A DNA stretch of 64,000 nucleotides, taken from assembly GCA_000004985.1 (NCBI GenBank), contig GG738874.1, one strand, 5' to 3'. The notes beneath the pieces are model-generated. The model did no database searches and was not told where the DNA came from. It saw only the letters and a program-made list of their open reading frames with translations. A program made the translations under genes and the position numbers. This DNA comes from Naegleria gruberi (Eukaryota). This document shows, one piece after another, positions 21,199 through 31,789 of this stretch; the first letter of the stretch is position 1, and every line of letters begins with the position of its first letter.

Positions 21199-22317
21199 AT
21201 GGAACGTGATGATGAAAAAATCCCTTCCGAAGTGTGGCAACATCTCATCTTTCCCTTCATTGATGGGTTTTCATTGATGAGAGGATGTTTTTATGTTTCA
21301 AAGAATTGGTCACTGATGGTTTCAGAGATGAGGAATTGCAGTTTAATTGTAGATAAGAAGAATGTGCATAATCGAATCTTGAAAAGAATTTGTAATCATT
21401 TGCCAATCATGCATGTTACCGCTTTGGATATGTCATACAATATTTTCGATAAGAATAGCATTGAAACTTTGAAGAATGGAAAGAATCTGAAATTGGAACA
21501 ATTGAATTCCTTGCATTTGGTGTATAATAATATAGGATTGGAAGTATTAACCCCATTGTTGGAATGCAATGTATTGAATAATTTAACTCGATTGAATTTG
21601 GACTCTAATATTGTACATGATGGCCTGAAATACTTGTTGGAGTGTAAAAATTTGAGAAATTTAGAATATCTAATTGTGAAGAACAATGCCATGACCAATA
21701 TTCGTAAAACACAAATAGAATCAAATAATAATTTTCCAAAATTGACCTACCTGGATATTTCCTCAAATACCATTGGAGCATATGGTACCAAACTTTTATC
21801 AGATTCTGGAATACTCAATAATTTACAAACACTCAATATTTCATACAATTTACTAAGAAATGGTGCCAAGTATTTGGGTAGAAATTCTACATTTATGGAG
21901 AACGTCACCCACTTGGACTTGAGTAATAACAATTTGAAAGTGGAAGGATTAACACAACTACTTAAATTTCTCAAATCTAGCAAACTGAAGATACTAAACC
22001 TCTCAAACAATAATATTGGAAATGATGGAATTTCAAAATTAATCGAGTGCACTCATTTAAAGAGTTTGGAAAAACTATCACTCATTGAAAATGATATTGG
22101 TGCTCAAGGAGTTAACCTACTTGCCAATACACCATTCGAAAATCTGACCTTCCTCAATCTGAATAGAAATCCAATCAGCCACAATTCAAGAAATCTCTTT
22201 CAACCAAACAATTTTCCCAAGCTCAAAGAAATCAAACTTTCCAAAGAAGTTGCGATAAAACAAGCTTCAAATTATGAATCCTATGCATTCATTTATTCAA
22301 GAAATAAATACCGATAG
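21199..22317 (+). CDS. Leucine-rich repeat protein (ribonuclease-inhibitor/NLR-type LRRs)
   Basis: About 10 repeats fit the LxxLxLxxNxIGxxGxxxL pattern, for example LKILNLSNNNIGNDGISKL and LEKLSLIENDIGAQGVNLL. Confidence 0.75.
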   Translation: MERDDEKIPSEVWQHLIFPFIDGFSLMRGCFYVSKNWSLMVSEMRNCSLIVDKKNVHNRILKRICNHLPIMHVTALDMSYNIFDKNSIETLKNGKNLKLEQLNSLHLVYNNIGLEVLTPLLECNVLNNLTRLNLDSNIVHDGLKYLLECKNLRNLEYLIVKNNAMTNIRKTQIESNNNFPKLTYLDISSNTIGAYGTKLLSDSGILNNLQTLNISYNLLRNGAKYLGRNSTFMENVTHLDLSNNNLKVEGLTQLLKFLKSSKLKILNLSNNNIGNDGISKLIECTHLKSLEKLSLIENDIGAQGVNLLANTPFENLTFLNLNRNPISHNSRNLFQPNNFPKLKEIKLSKEVAIKQASNYESYAFIYSRNKYR

Positions 22318-23043
22318 CATTTCTTCTATTTGAGTATTCTCTTGTTTTTTCCAAATCAAAACCTGAATTTATTGAGAATCACTTTTACCGCCAAAATTAT
22401 TAAAGAATCAAGTGAAAAGAAAAATTGCAACAACTCATCATCACCAGGTTGTGCTGTTTTTATAATGCTGCTATCCTGAAGATCTGTAGCGTTGACCATT
22501 ATGAATTTAAATTATGGAAAGCAATATCACATTCATCACAATGTAATCTATTCATTATCCGTCTTATAAAGGATAACAATCAAGCCAAGTTTGTGGTTTG
22601 AACAAAAACAACAAGATAACAATGATAACCAATAACATCAAGCCGATTAACATTTTCGATACGCAGTATTAATTTCATCAGCAAAAACCTTTTGTGGCAT
22701 ATTGACCACAATATCGGTCCAACAAACAGTTGTTTATCATTTAAAATTTACACTAAATATAATTGTTGATACAATCCGTGCTCTGTGCTCAGTACAGAGG
22801 AGCATATTGTATATTGTACAGCGTAATAACAATTAACCACATAACGCACTTAGTTATTGTGTCTACTACAACTCATCATCTTTTTCTCTGGTTCAACTTG
22901 CTTGCATTGAATTTGCCCATAACAAGAAAAAAAATTACTTGTCTCTAACGAAAAACCGGTTGTTAATCGACAATCATCATAATTGTATTTTCATCATCAA
23001 CCTAACGAAATTTTCGTTCATCAATTTAGACGAATATAATACA

Positions 23044-24765
23044 ATGTTTGATCCTAGCGATATGAGCAATATTCCTCTTGCTGGGACAGTTTATCCAACA
23101 GAAGAAGAATTTAAAAATCCAATAGAATATCTTGAATCTGTAAGACATTTAGGAGAAAAGTATGGTATTCTTAAAATTGTACCACCTGAAAAGTATAAAT
23201 TAGACCCTGCTGAAGACTTTGACGACCTTCAGGTAAAAGCCAATGCTTTTAAATTTATTTGCAAAATACAGAATATTAACCAACTTCAATTCAGAAATAA
23301 GAAACAAAAGTTAGAATTTGAAAATAATATTAAATCGGAGGTGGATGAATCATCATCTTTAGAAAATTCATTAAAGAGAAAAGCTGAAAATCTTTCAGAT
23401 TCGCCACAGAAAAGACTTAAAGATAACTCTGACAAATCCTTCAAACCAATAATTACATCTATGGGTGGTGATGATAGTTTTGGCTTTGAAAGAACCAAGA
23501 AGGAAATATCTCTTAAGAAATACAAGGAAATGGCTGATGAATTTTCAAGACGTCATCTCAAGTCTATACAGAAACAATTATCCCCTTCCTCACCTGAAGA
23601 GAAGAGACTCAAGACTTGTGAAAATGCAAAATCATCGACAAACTCTTCCAATCTTGATATGACTAGTCTTAGTGATGATGAAATTGAAAAAGAATATTGG
23701 AGAATTGTGAATAATCACGAAGAAACTGTAACTGTACAATATGGAAACGATTTACCTGTTTCTGATTATCAAACCTTTTTCCCAGCCAGTTGGAAACAAG
23801 GATGGGATGCAAATTTATTGCCTAAACTTCCTGATTCACTGCTATCTTTCCTTAATATTGATATTCCTGGTGTGAATACTCCAATGTTATATGTTGGTAT
23901 GCTTTTCAGTTCTTTCTGTTGGCATGTTGAAGATCATTTCATGTATGCCATGAATTTTATACATCACGGTGCTCCAAAACAATGGTATGGTATTCCAGCA
24001 TCAGGGGCAGATAAGTTTGAAGAGGTGTTTCGTAGAATGTTCCCTAATCTCATGGATGGGCAGCCTGCTATTTTACACATGCTTGTAACACAAATAAGCC
24101 CAGCCATTCTTGCACGCGAAGGTGTTCCTGTCTATAGAATTGTACATGAACCTGGTACTTTTATCATTACATTCCCTAGAGCTTACCATGCTGGCTTCAA
24201 TCAAGGTTTTAATATTGCCGAATCTGTAAACTTTACCTCAACATCATGGCTTCCTTATAACCGTTTGGCTCTTTCCAAATATTATGAATGCAAGAGAGCA
24301 ACCACTTTCCCTTACGAACATCTAATTCTCTCAGCTGTTACATCGATAATTTCTGGCAAGTCCAACCCTTCAACTTCTAAATACACATTTTCAACACGAG
24401 AATCACTCAAAGATGAGTTATCATACATTTCAAAGGATGAGAAGGAATTAAGAGAATGTTTAGCAGCACTCCTAACAGATAAAACGCCAAGACAAATGCC
24501 ACAAATATCAAATAGAAATATTGAAAAGTTAAGAACATGCTCCAAGAAGGATAATAACATCAGATGTTGTCAATGCAATTCTGATTGTTACATATCTGCT
24601 GCTGTTCTTAAAGGAAGAAAGAAGGAAGATAACTTTTGTTTAAGGTGCGCCATAGAAAAGGCAAAAGAAAGTGAAGACTTTGCTAAGAAATGTTACATGA
24701 TTGAAAGAATGACTTTGAAAGATTTAGAAATCTTGATAGAAAAGTTCGAAAAGGTGTTAGCTTGA
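23044..24765 (+). CDS. JmjN/JmjC-domain histone lysine demethylase (KDM4/KDM5-like) with a C-terminal Cys-rich zinc finger
   Basis: JmjN is TEEEFKNPIEYLESVRHLGEKYGILKIVPP. JmjC has the Fe ligands (HVEDH...H) in FCWHVEDHFMYAMNFIHHGAPKQWYGIP and ITFPRAYHAGFNQGFN. A C-terminal CCQCNSDC...CLRCAIEK cluster follows. The ATG at 23044 is in frame with the track ORF that starts upstream at 22939. Confidence 0.8.
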   Translation: MFDPSDMSNIPLAGTVYPTEEEFKNPIEYLESVRHLGEKYGILKIVPPEKYKLDPAEDFDDLQVKANAFKFICKIQNINQLQFRNKKQKLEFENNIKSEVDESSSLENSLKRKAENLSDSPQKRLKDNSDKSFKPIITSMGGDDSFGFERTKKEISLKKYKEMADEFSRRHLKSIQKQLSPSSPEEKRLKTCENAKSSTNSSNLDMTSLSDDEIEKEYWRIVNNHEETVTVQYGNDLPVSDYQTFFPASWKQGWDANLLPKLPDSLLSFLNIDIPGVNTPMLYVGMLFSSFCWHVEDHFMYAMNFIHHGAPKQWYGIPASGADKFEEVFRRMFPNLMDGQPAILHMLVTQISPAILAREGVPVYRIVHEPGTFIITFPRAYHAGFNQGFNIAESVNFTSTSWLPYNRLALSKYYECKRATTFPYEHLILSAVTSIISGKSNPSTSKYTFSTRESLKDELSYISKDEKELRECLAALLTDKTPRQMPQISNRNIEKLRTCSKKDNNIRCCQCNSDCYISAAVLKGRKKEDNFCLRCAIEKAKESEDFAKKCYMIERMTLKDLEILIEKFEKVLA

Positions 24766-24886
24766 AAATAAATAGCTGCCAGATTCGAAAAACCAGTTAA
24801 TATGGGTCTGTAGTAAACACAGGTTATTCTAATTTTTATCTAAATATAATTTAACATAATGAGTATATTTTCAATATGAATAAGAT

Positions 24887-24958
24887 TCCCGTGTAGTCCA
24901 ATGGCTAGGATACCTGGCTTTCACCCAGGAGGTCCGGGTTCAATTCCCGGCATGGGAG
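24887..24958 (+). tRNA. tRNA-Glu (anticodon UUC)
   Basis: A cloverleaf could be drawn by hand. The acceptor is TCCCGTG/CATGGGA with one G-U pair. The D-arm is GTCC...GGAT. The anticodon stem CCTGG/CCAGG carries the loop CTTTCAC (TTC). The T-arm is CCGGG-TTCAATT-CCCGG. Total length is 72 nt. Confidence 0.9.
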
Positions 24959-25043
24959 GATAATTTTGCATTCAATAATAATTTAAGTTAATAAATATTT
25001 CTAACTTTATTTACAGGTAATAGAGAAAAATTTGTTAACTATT

Positions 25044-26015
25044 TTACAAGGATGGTTTGACGACTGGCTTTGATGGCTTCTTACATGTCTTTCTCTTTAA
25101 GCAAATCTTCTTCTTAATTGACTTGCAACACTTCTTCTTTCCACCCACTAATTTAAATTTCTTACAAATCTTCTTTCCCTTTGAACGTTTCAAACACTTC
25201 TTATAGTACTTCTTCTTGATACATCTTGGTGGAATGACAATAAACTTGGCACAATACTTCTTCTTTTGATATTTGACACATTTAGACAATGTCTTTCTAT
25301 GCTTACAGAACTTGATGGTCTTATGCTTGGCACAGAAGAATTTTTTCTTAATGAGACAACACTTCTTAACTGATTTTCTTTCCTTACAGTATTTAACCTT
25401 CTTATACTTGGCACATTTCTTTGCCCATGAAACAATCTTACACTTTTTAACATATCTACATTTGGAGACCTTCTTATTGTAGGAATCAACAGTGTACTTG
25501 TCACAGACCTTCTTCTTTTCACACTTCTTGATTGGAACCTTCTTGAATTTCTTACAGACCTTCTTATATCCCTTCTTGAAACACTTGTTGATAATCTTGT
25601 GCTTGGCACAGAATTTCTTGAAACCCTTCTTGATGCAAATCTTCTTAGTTCCATAAGAATCACAAACTTTCCAATACTTCTTCTTGGCACATCCAACAAT
25701 CTTGTATGCATGCAAGACACACTTCTTTGTTGGCTTGCTATACTTGTCACATTTGGAATATTTCTTATGTTTGAGACATTTACCAGCACCGACAATGGCG
25801 TATTGATCACAGACCTTCTTTTGACCAACGAGTTTGTGTTTCAAACACTTCTTAATCCACTTGTGCTTTAAGCATTTTCTCTTACAATGCTTTGGCTTGT
25901 GATACTTGTCAACTACAACGACTGGAGGTTTTGTTTGATAGCTGTCAGTTGCTTGAACTGAGAGGATTGCAAGCAAGAGAAGAAGTGCAATTGAAAAGAA
26001 AAGATTTGCTTTCAT
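25044..26015 (-). CDS. Secreted, extremely lysine-rich and cysteine-rich repetitive protein
   Basis: A signal peptide (MKANLFFSIALLLLLAILSVQA) is followed by about 300 aa that are roughly one-third Lys, with a Cys about every 8-10 residues (KKC, CLKHK, CAKHK units). The alternative-frame ORFs listed on both strands are artefacts of the repetitive codons. Confidence 0.65.
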   Translation of the reverse strand: MKANLFFSIALLLLLAILSVQATDSYQTKPPVVVVDKYHKPKHCKRKCLKHKWIKKCLKHKLVGQKKVCDQYAIVGAGKCLKHKKYSKCDKYSKPTKKCVLHAYKIVGCAKKKYWKVCDSYGTKKICIKKGFKKFCAKHKIINKCFKKGYKKVCKKFKKVPIKKCEKKKVCDKYTVDSYNKKVSKCRYVKKCKIVSWAKKCAKYKKVKYCKERKSVKKCCLIKKKFFCAKHKTIKFCKHRKTLSKCVKYQKKKYCAKFIVIPPRCIKKKYYKKCLKRSKGKKICKKFKLVGGKKKCCKSIKKKICLKRKTCKKPSKPVVKPSL

Positions 26016-26458
26016 TTTTTGTTTTGTTGGACAGGATAGTTCAACAATGGTGCTAATTTAAACCATTTCGAATAGTTTTTCATTTGGAACAAACTCAAAA
26101 AGTTGGATGTAAGGTTCCAAATTTGGATAGAAAACTGATTCGATATACTACTATTCAAATATCAACTCATCTTTCCAAAACTATTCCTGGTTCTTGCATG
26201 ATTTACTTATAATCAATAGAAACCTCAAAGAACTGGTTCTTTCATGTTTTACAACCTTTCATTTTGTTAAGGTAAATTAGTAATTTGACTTGTGAAAGAT
26301 AGATGCATCTTGTCTTGGTACAGAACCACCGACAAGAATGACTCTTCCTGGATATGTTTGAAACAGAACAATTATTCACATCCCACACAATTTTATTAAG
26401 ACTTTTATTTGTGTTATTTTTAGATAATCACCAAAGTTCATCTAAAAAAAATACACAC

Positions 26459-26809
26459 ATGTTCGTCTCCATCAAACGAAAGAATACCCATTCACAAGAT
26501 CAAGCTGCACAACAATTTCAACTCGATGAAGGAGAACCCATTGTTTCCTTTGTCGAAGGTCCTGTTACTTTCACCTTGCAAGTAATTTTCCATCATCAAG
26601 ATGTGAATGCTAATCCTCTTCGGGATGCAACTGTCAGAATCACACAAAAAGGAAATACAAAGCAAAATACTGGACAAACTGAAATGTGTGAGGCTGTTGT
26701 TAATGTTTTGGATAGGAATGATCCGAATTTTTATGGAACAGTTTTAAAGGTGGGAAGTAGAACATTCTTGGCAAAGTGTTTCAGGTTGGATGAAGTAGAG
26801 GATTGGTAA
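26459..26809 (+). CDS. Hypothetical small protein
   Basis: This is a 116-aa ORF starting at the first ATG (26459), in frame with the track ORF at 26354. No recognisable domain was found. Confidence 0.3.
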   Translation: MFVSIKRKNTHSQDQAAQQFQLDEGEPIVSFVEGPVTFTLQVIFHHQDVNANPLRDATVRITQKGNTKQNTGQTEMCEAVVNVLDRNDPNFYGTVLKVGSRTFLAKCFRLDEVEDW

Positions 26810-26944
26810 GAAATTTAGTAGACTGTTTGGAATTTTGGAAATGAAGAGGAATTTAAAATTATCTGAATCTTATTGATTGGAATATTTATCATAATAACAA
26901 TTAACAAGACAGGATATTAGATTTGAAGATCTTAAACAACACAT

Positions 26945-29689
26945 TTAATGTTCCAGTGCAACAGACAACTTTTTGTCTCCCACCAAAACCAAATCTGTAC
27001 TAGGGGCCCCCTTTCTAATCTCGTCAAAATTGTTAAAATCAATCATTCCCAAAGCACCACATTTTTGTTGTTCCTTAAAAATCAATCGTTGTTCCCTTAA
27101 AATCTTTTGAGTATTATCCAATGCTCCAAATCGAATTGGCTTTGGAAGTGGTGCTCTCGCATCAACAACTGGTAAGGCATTATGAGGGATTCGTTTTGCA
27201 GGAAGAATAACCTTTACATTCTTATCTTTACCACTTGTCAGCATGACTGTTTTGTTTGTTTCATGTGAGTAAAACATTGTTGGAACATTTGCAGTCTTGA
27301 TTGAGGGATTGTCAGGGGCAACTAGCTCAGCATCAGAGGGTTTGTAAGATGACACATATGGAATTGCCTTCTTTGATTTTGAAAAATCATAATATCTCTT
27401 GGTGTCTCTGGATTTTGGTAACTTGATGTGATTGTCCATTTCCGTGGCAACACTTGAAAGTGTCTCTTCCTGAACATCTTTGTAAGGTATTGGAGAGCTT
27501 TCCAAATTCATCAACTCTGTATCATCGAAACTTATATCTGCTACAATTTCCTTCTTCTTCTCAGGTGATCTGAAAATCGATCTAGTAGGAGAAACAATTC
27601 TGTTGGATAAATATGACTTTCTTGAATAGGGCACAAGATTAATGGTTGGTGTGTATTTCAGATCAAATCTGTTGGATGAGGGCGAATCCTTATCTCCAAA
27701 GGTAACAAACAAGAATTGGCGAGGTTGATCATGATATTGCAAGTGCTCAGCCATATCTTGCTTTGGTTGAAATTTGGGTTTTTTCAGAAATTCGTATTTT
27801 GCTTCCCTTTCGGAATACATTTGATTATTTTCTGAGGGTTGATGAGCATGGGGAGCATCAGTCAGATGGTGTGAAACAATGAATAATCTTTCATTCTCTG
27901 AAAATGAAACAATAAAATCAAAAACAGGAAATGAAAGGTCCTGGCAATCATGTATAGTTATTCTCAAATGCTGATTGAGAACTGATTTAACAGTGCTTTC
28001 GTTTAGCCATGGTAAACATTCTACGCACGCAAAAATACAATCGTCAGAATGGTATTCTGGAACAATATAGCCTAGCTCATTAACCTACAAAATAGTTTCA
28101 ATACAAGTAATTAAGTAAATATACATACTGGTTGATTATATAATGTTACAAATAAATTAGAATTGAAAGTATCAATGTGGATATAGTGAGGGGAACGGAG
28201 TTGGGAAATACTAATGTTAAACCTAGATTTCAATAATTTATATTCTGATGTGGAATAATTTACAAGCCTCATCTGAAAAAGATTAATTAAACTATGTGAA
28301 ATGGTAAAAATACTTACTCTAAATACATAGAATAGTGGGTGGTGTGGATCGAGTTGAGAAATGTTAGTGTTTTTCAGAAAACCCAATTCACTTCTTTTCC
28401 TTTTTAGCATATCTTCATCAGGAGTTATGGATAGAGGAGGAAACTCTCTACTATTAGTATTCAGTCTATTATTCATGGATGATAAACTCTGAAATACGGA
28501 GGGTATTTGAGAGAGTGACATATCATGTGTTTGAGAATGGCCATTGTGACCATATCGTCTCATGTTTTCCTTATGTTTTTTGGAGACCTCCTTCTCGATT
28601 TGTTCTCTCGTTTTGATATCTATATTTACAACTTGATCAAATAAGCTTGGTTGTTTTGAGCACATGTCGGGCTTCTCAATAATTTTTGGCTCTGTCTTTC
28701 TTTTCGTAAGTTTGCTTCTTGGAGTCCCTGTTGCACTGCCAGGATCTTGAACAGGTGTCTTTGGAGAGGCAACTTCTGATCTATCAGTACTTGGAGGGTC
28801 AGAGGAGAGAGCTGCCAACTCTTCGTTTTTTTTCTCCCTCACATAGGCAAGATATTCTCCCAATGATAAATCATAGGGAAGATCAATTACTGACTCTGAC
28901 ATTTCTAGAACTGGAATTGTACGAGTCGATTTTTCTGGTGTCTTTTTTACACCTCTCAGAGCTGCAACAGGGGAAGGCAATAACAGACCAGCTCCAGATG
29001 TAATTTTAGGTTTGTACAACTTAGCCTTTCCAAACATTCTGAATCTGTAACCAACAGCAATTTGTTGCTCCTCCTCTTTCCTCAAATCCTTCTTTTGTTT
29101 TTCAGCCCTGACAAGATTTTTCTCAATCAGGACGAATCTAGTGTTACAATCATCCAAATGACTCAAATCTTTCCAAAATCTATGAATTGAAAATTATTTC
29201 AATTAAAATTAATTACCATTTTAAAGACACAACCTACCTGTGTCTCACCCTTAAGGGTATTGAGGATTTTGTCACCTCTCCTTGATTTTCACTATCCAAA
29301 TGCTCCTTAATAGCTTTAAGAGTAGTAGAAACTCCATCAACTTCATACTTTTTAGAAATGGATTGATGCTTCTCCTCTACTCCTCTCCACTGCCTGTCAA
29401 CTTCCCTAAAATTAATAGGCAACGAATGGTCATCATTTTTCAAATATTTTTTACTATTCTTTACAAATAATTCCAAACTTTCATCAGCACTCGCCTTAAC
29501 ATTCACTTGCTTATTTGTAGCACTCGCAGATCCTCTTCTTTTCTTTTTTTGTGATGACAAAATTGACCTCCTCTCCAATTCACTCCTCCTATTTTCACCT
29601 ATTGAATCCTCATCCAACTCACTCACATTTCCAATTATCCTCACTGTTGAAGTGGGAGAAGTAACCGTGGTCGGACTGATGGATTGCAT
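26945..29689 (-). CDS. Multi-exon hypothetical protein (at least 4 exons joining track ORFs 29234..29689, 28111..29166 and 26945..27967)
   Basis: On the minus strand the three ORFs are linked by short introns. The first has a GTAGGT donor right after ...RVRHR and an acceptor before FWKDLSHLDD. The second has a GTAAGT donor after PLFYVFR, then a short exon, then GTATGT to TTTTGTAG before VNELGYIVPEYH. Frames are continuous. No known domain was recognised. The protein is Lys/Ser-rich and partly disordered. Confidence 0.45.
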
Positions 29690-29794
29690 CCTTTTCTCTG
29701 CTACGGTACAATGAGTAGGAATATATTCGTTGTTCTTTCTAGTTGTTGTTGCTTATTTTTTTTAAAGTATTTTAAATTGTACCGTGCAGAGATG

Positions 29795-30035
29795 GCGGTT
29801 TTTTCAAGCATGATATCTTTGTTTTCTGTAGACAATAACATTGATAAAAACCGTTGACAGCAAGGTTTGAAAATTGGGACAATTGTGTTTCATGAGGTAT
29901 CGTAAATATTATTTGGAATGGTTGCACAAATTCACTCTTCTAAAGTTCCTTTGTATGGATTTCGGGATGTAATGTATTTCTTGCTGCAAACATTTTCCAA
30001 GTAGAAATAAACCATTTCTGATCCTCTCAATAACC
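29795..30035. repeat. Direct repeat, left copy, flanking the kinase-fragment locus
   Basis: Shares the blocks ttttcaagcat..gatatctttgttttctgtagaca.aacattg and ttccagtagaaat.aacca.ttctgatc.tct.aataac with 31287..31447, in the same orientation. The left copy carries an extra segment of about 85 nt. Confidence 0.7.
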
Positions 30036-30037
30036 AC

Positions 30038-30717
30038 ATGCTTCATATGCTACAAAGGGATAGTCTCGGCAATGAGAAGGAAGCATTTGCCTTGCTCACA
30101 TCACCTAAGAGCGAAGGAGGTCTAGGAATTGAAAGGGAACGATTAAATAGATTTGAGGGAAATTGGCAACTTATCCTATTCAACATTATTGAAAATTTAG
30201 AAATTGGTGGGGTAAGACTTAGCAAAGATTTTGATGGGAACAAAAGAAGAAAATGAGAGAGAGGTTAGTCCACCTACAGGAATTGTGAAAATCAAGTTAT
30301 GCTCGCTTGGCCTTGAGGGTGAAGATAACATGAATCGTTTCTCTGATGGAATTTATCATTGTTTGATAATGCCACATTACCCAAGAAGTTTGGCTCTTTT
30401 GGAAAAACTATTAACTCCAGAAATAATACTGAACGAGGGGAAGAACATTTATGGAGCCTCTTAAATTTATCCACAAAAAAGGAATGGTTCATATGGATGT
30501 AAAACCTGCTAATATATTTGTTAGTACTGAAGATGACTGGTTTTTAGGAGATTTTGGTTCTTGTGTCAAGATTGGAGAAGCAATGGTTGGTTATGATTTT
30601 TTCATGTTGGCTGTGAGCAAGATCAAAATCAGATTTTGCAAGATGAATTGCTGTTTGAAATTGTTTATTCAAAAGTTGTTAAACAAAGCCAATTTGGAAA
30701 AAATAGAAGAATTATAA
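30038..30717 (+). pseudogene. Fragmented Wee1/Myt1-like protein kinase remnant preceded by a conserved small ORF
   Basis: Three short ORFs lie in different frames. ORF 30038..30256 is a paralogue of ORF 56976..57173 (EGG[LI]GIE..LN...E......L..I[IV].NLEIG) and is followed by GTAAGA. ORF 30451..30717 encodes the catalytic loop VHMDVKPANIFV...FLGDFG, which is diagnostic of Wee1/Myt1-type kinases. Stops and frame changes break it, and no complete kinase domain can be assembled. Confidence 0.5.
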
Positions 30718-31286
30718 AACCAATAATTGGATTAGTTCAGTTTCCGATAATTCTACTTTCCCTACATGCTGGGCAGTAAAACTTAGTAGAGTACTAATAC
30801 TTTGAATGTATGACATGAGTCTACGCTTGTACTCCTCATGAAATTACTCAGTTAATATTTGAAATAAGCACTCTGATGCTCATATGGTTGTATGACATAC
30901 ATCTATCTGTAACAAGTACTTCTGGCAAGAAGACAACTTATTAATAAGGCTCCACAATTGGTCACTGTATAAAATCATCCAAATCTATGGATATGATGAT
31001 AATTCTAAATGAATATATTTTTAAAAATACATAAATGTACATCTTCTAATGAATCATTAATGCAAATCCAATAGTAAATAAATAATTCAATAAATTATTA
31101 ATATTAATAGCATTAATAATAAATAAATATTATTCGGAACGATATTTCCTAAAATTTTCATCCTCAAACAACTTCAACTTAAATTTCCGATTATTAATAG
31201 GCCAATAATTCACCAATTTAATCCAACTACAATTCAAATACTTTTGTTGTGATGATATTGCGACAGAATAGTATTTTTTTAAGTGT

Positions 31287-31447
31287 TGTTATCTTTTCAA
31301 GCATTTTGATATCTTTGTTTTCTGTAGACACAAACATTGCAATATCATTTGGAATGTCTTTGGATTTCAGAACAGATTTATATTCCTTGATGGTAACATG
31401 TATTTCCAGTAGAAATGAACCAGTTCTGATCTCCTCTTAACAATCTT
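31287..31447. repeat. Direct repeat, right copy
   Basis: See the feature at 29795..30035. It ends about 340 bp upstream of the capping-protein gene. Confidence 0.7.
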
Positions 31448-31789
31448 GCAGCCATAATGGTGTTGACCAATCACTTTTTTTCATGGACGTTAATCAATCA
31501 CTTCTTTTTCCAAATTTTCCAATGACAGGCAATCATTTAATGACAAGTGCTTGCTTTTACAACTTGTTATTTTTTCATCAGCTTTGAAAGCTCTCGCAGT
31601 ATGTTGTTGTTCCTTTCCACATCACACAAAAATCAATTTTCACAAACAAAAAATATCAGTCTCGCATAACGGACGTGTCTTTGTTAGCGGATCAGATTTA
31701 AATTTTAAATAATATATCCATTATTTACATCATCATCAACAACAACAAGGAGTTTACTCACATTATAACAAAATATATTTTCTGTAAAA

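Noticed and set aside
22770-22830. A short imperfect palindrome (ctctgtgctcagtacagag) in the JmjC gene upstream region as a regulatory hairpin
   Set aside because: The stem is only about 7 bp with a mismatch, in an AT-rich spacer. It cannot be distinguished from chance.
25190-25828. A 212-aa Arg/Ser-rich ORF and plus-strand ORFs (25273..25482, 25599..25871) overlapping the Lys/Cys-rich gene
   Set aside because: These are alternative-frame and antisense readings of highly repetitive AAG/TGT-type codons. Only the 25044..26015 frame has a signal peptide and a start at an A-rich ATG.
30231-30464. ORF 30231..30464 as an intact kinase N-lobe exon
   Set aside because: It lacks the Gly-loop and VAIK motifs and only loosely resembles the hinge region. 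It is treated as part of the degenerate kinase remnant rather than a separate feature.
31020-31250. An AT-rich low-complexity tract (attaata/aataaat iterations) as a satellite or origin element
   Set aside because: It has no regular period or tandem unit. It is consistent with decayed non-coding filler inside the repeat-bracketed pseudogene block.
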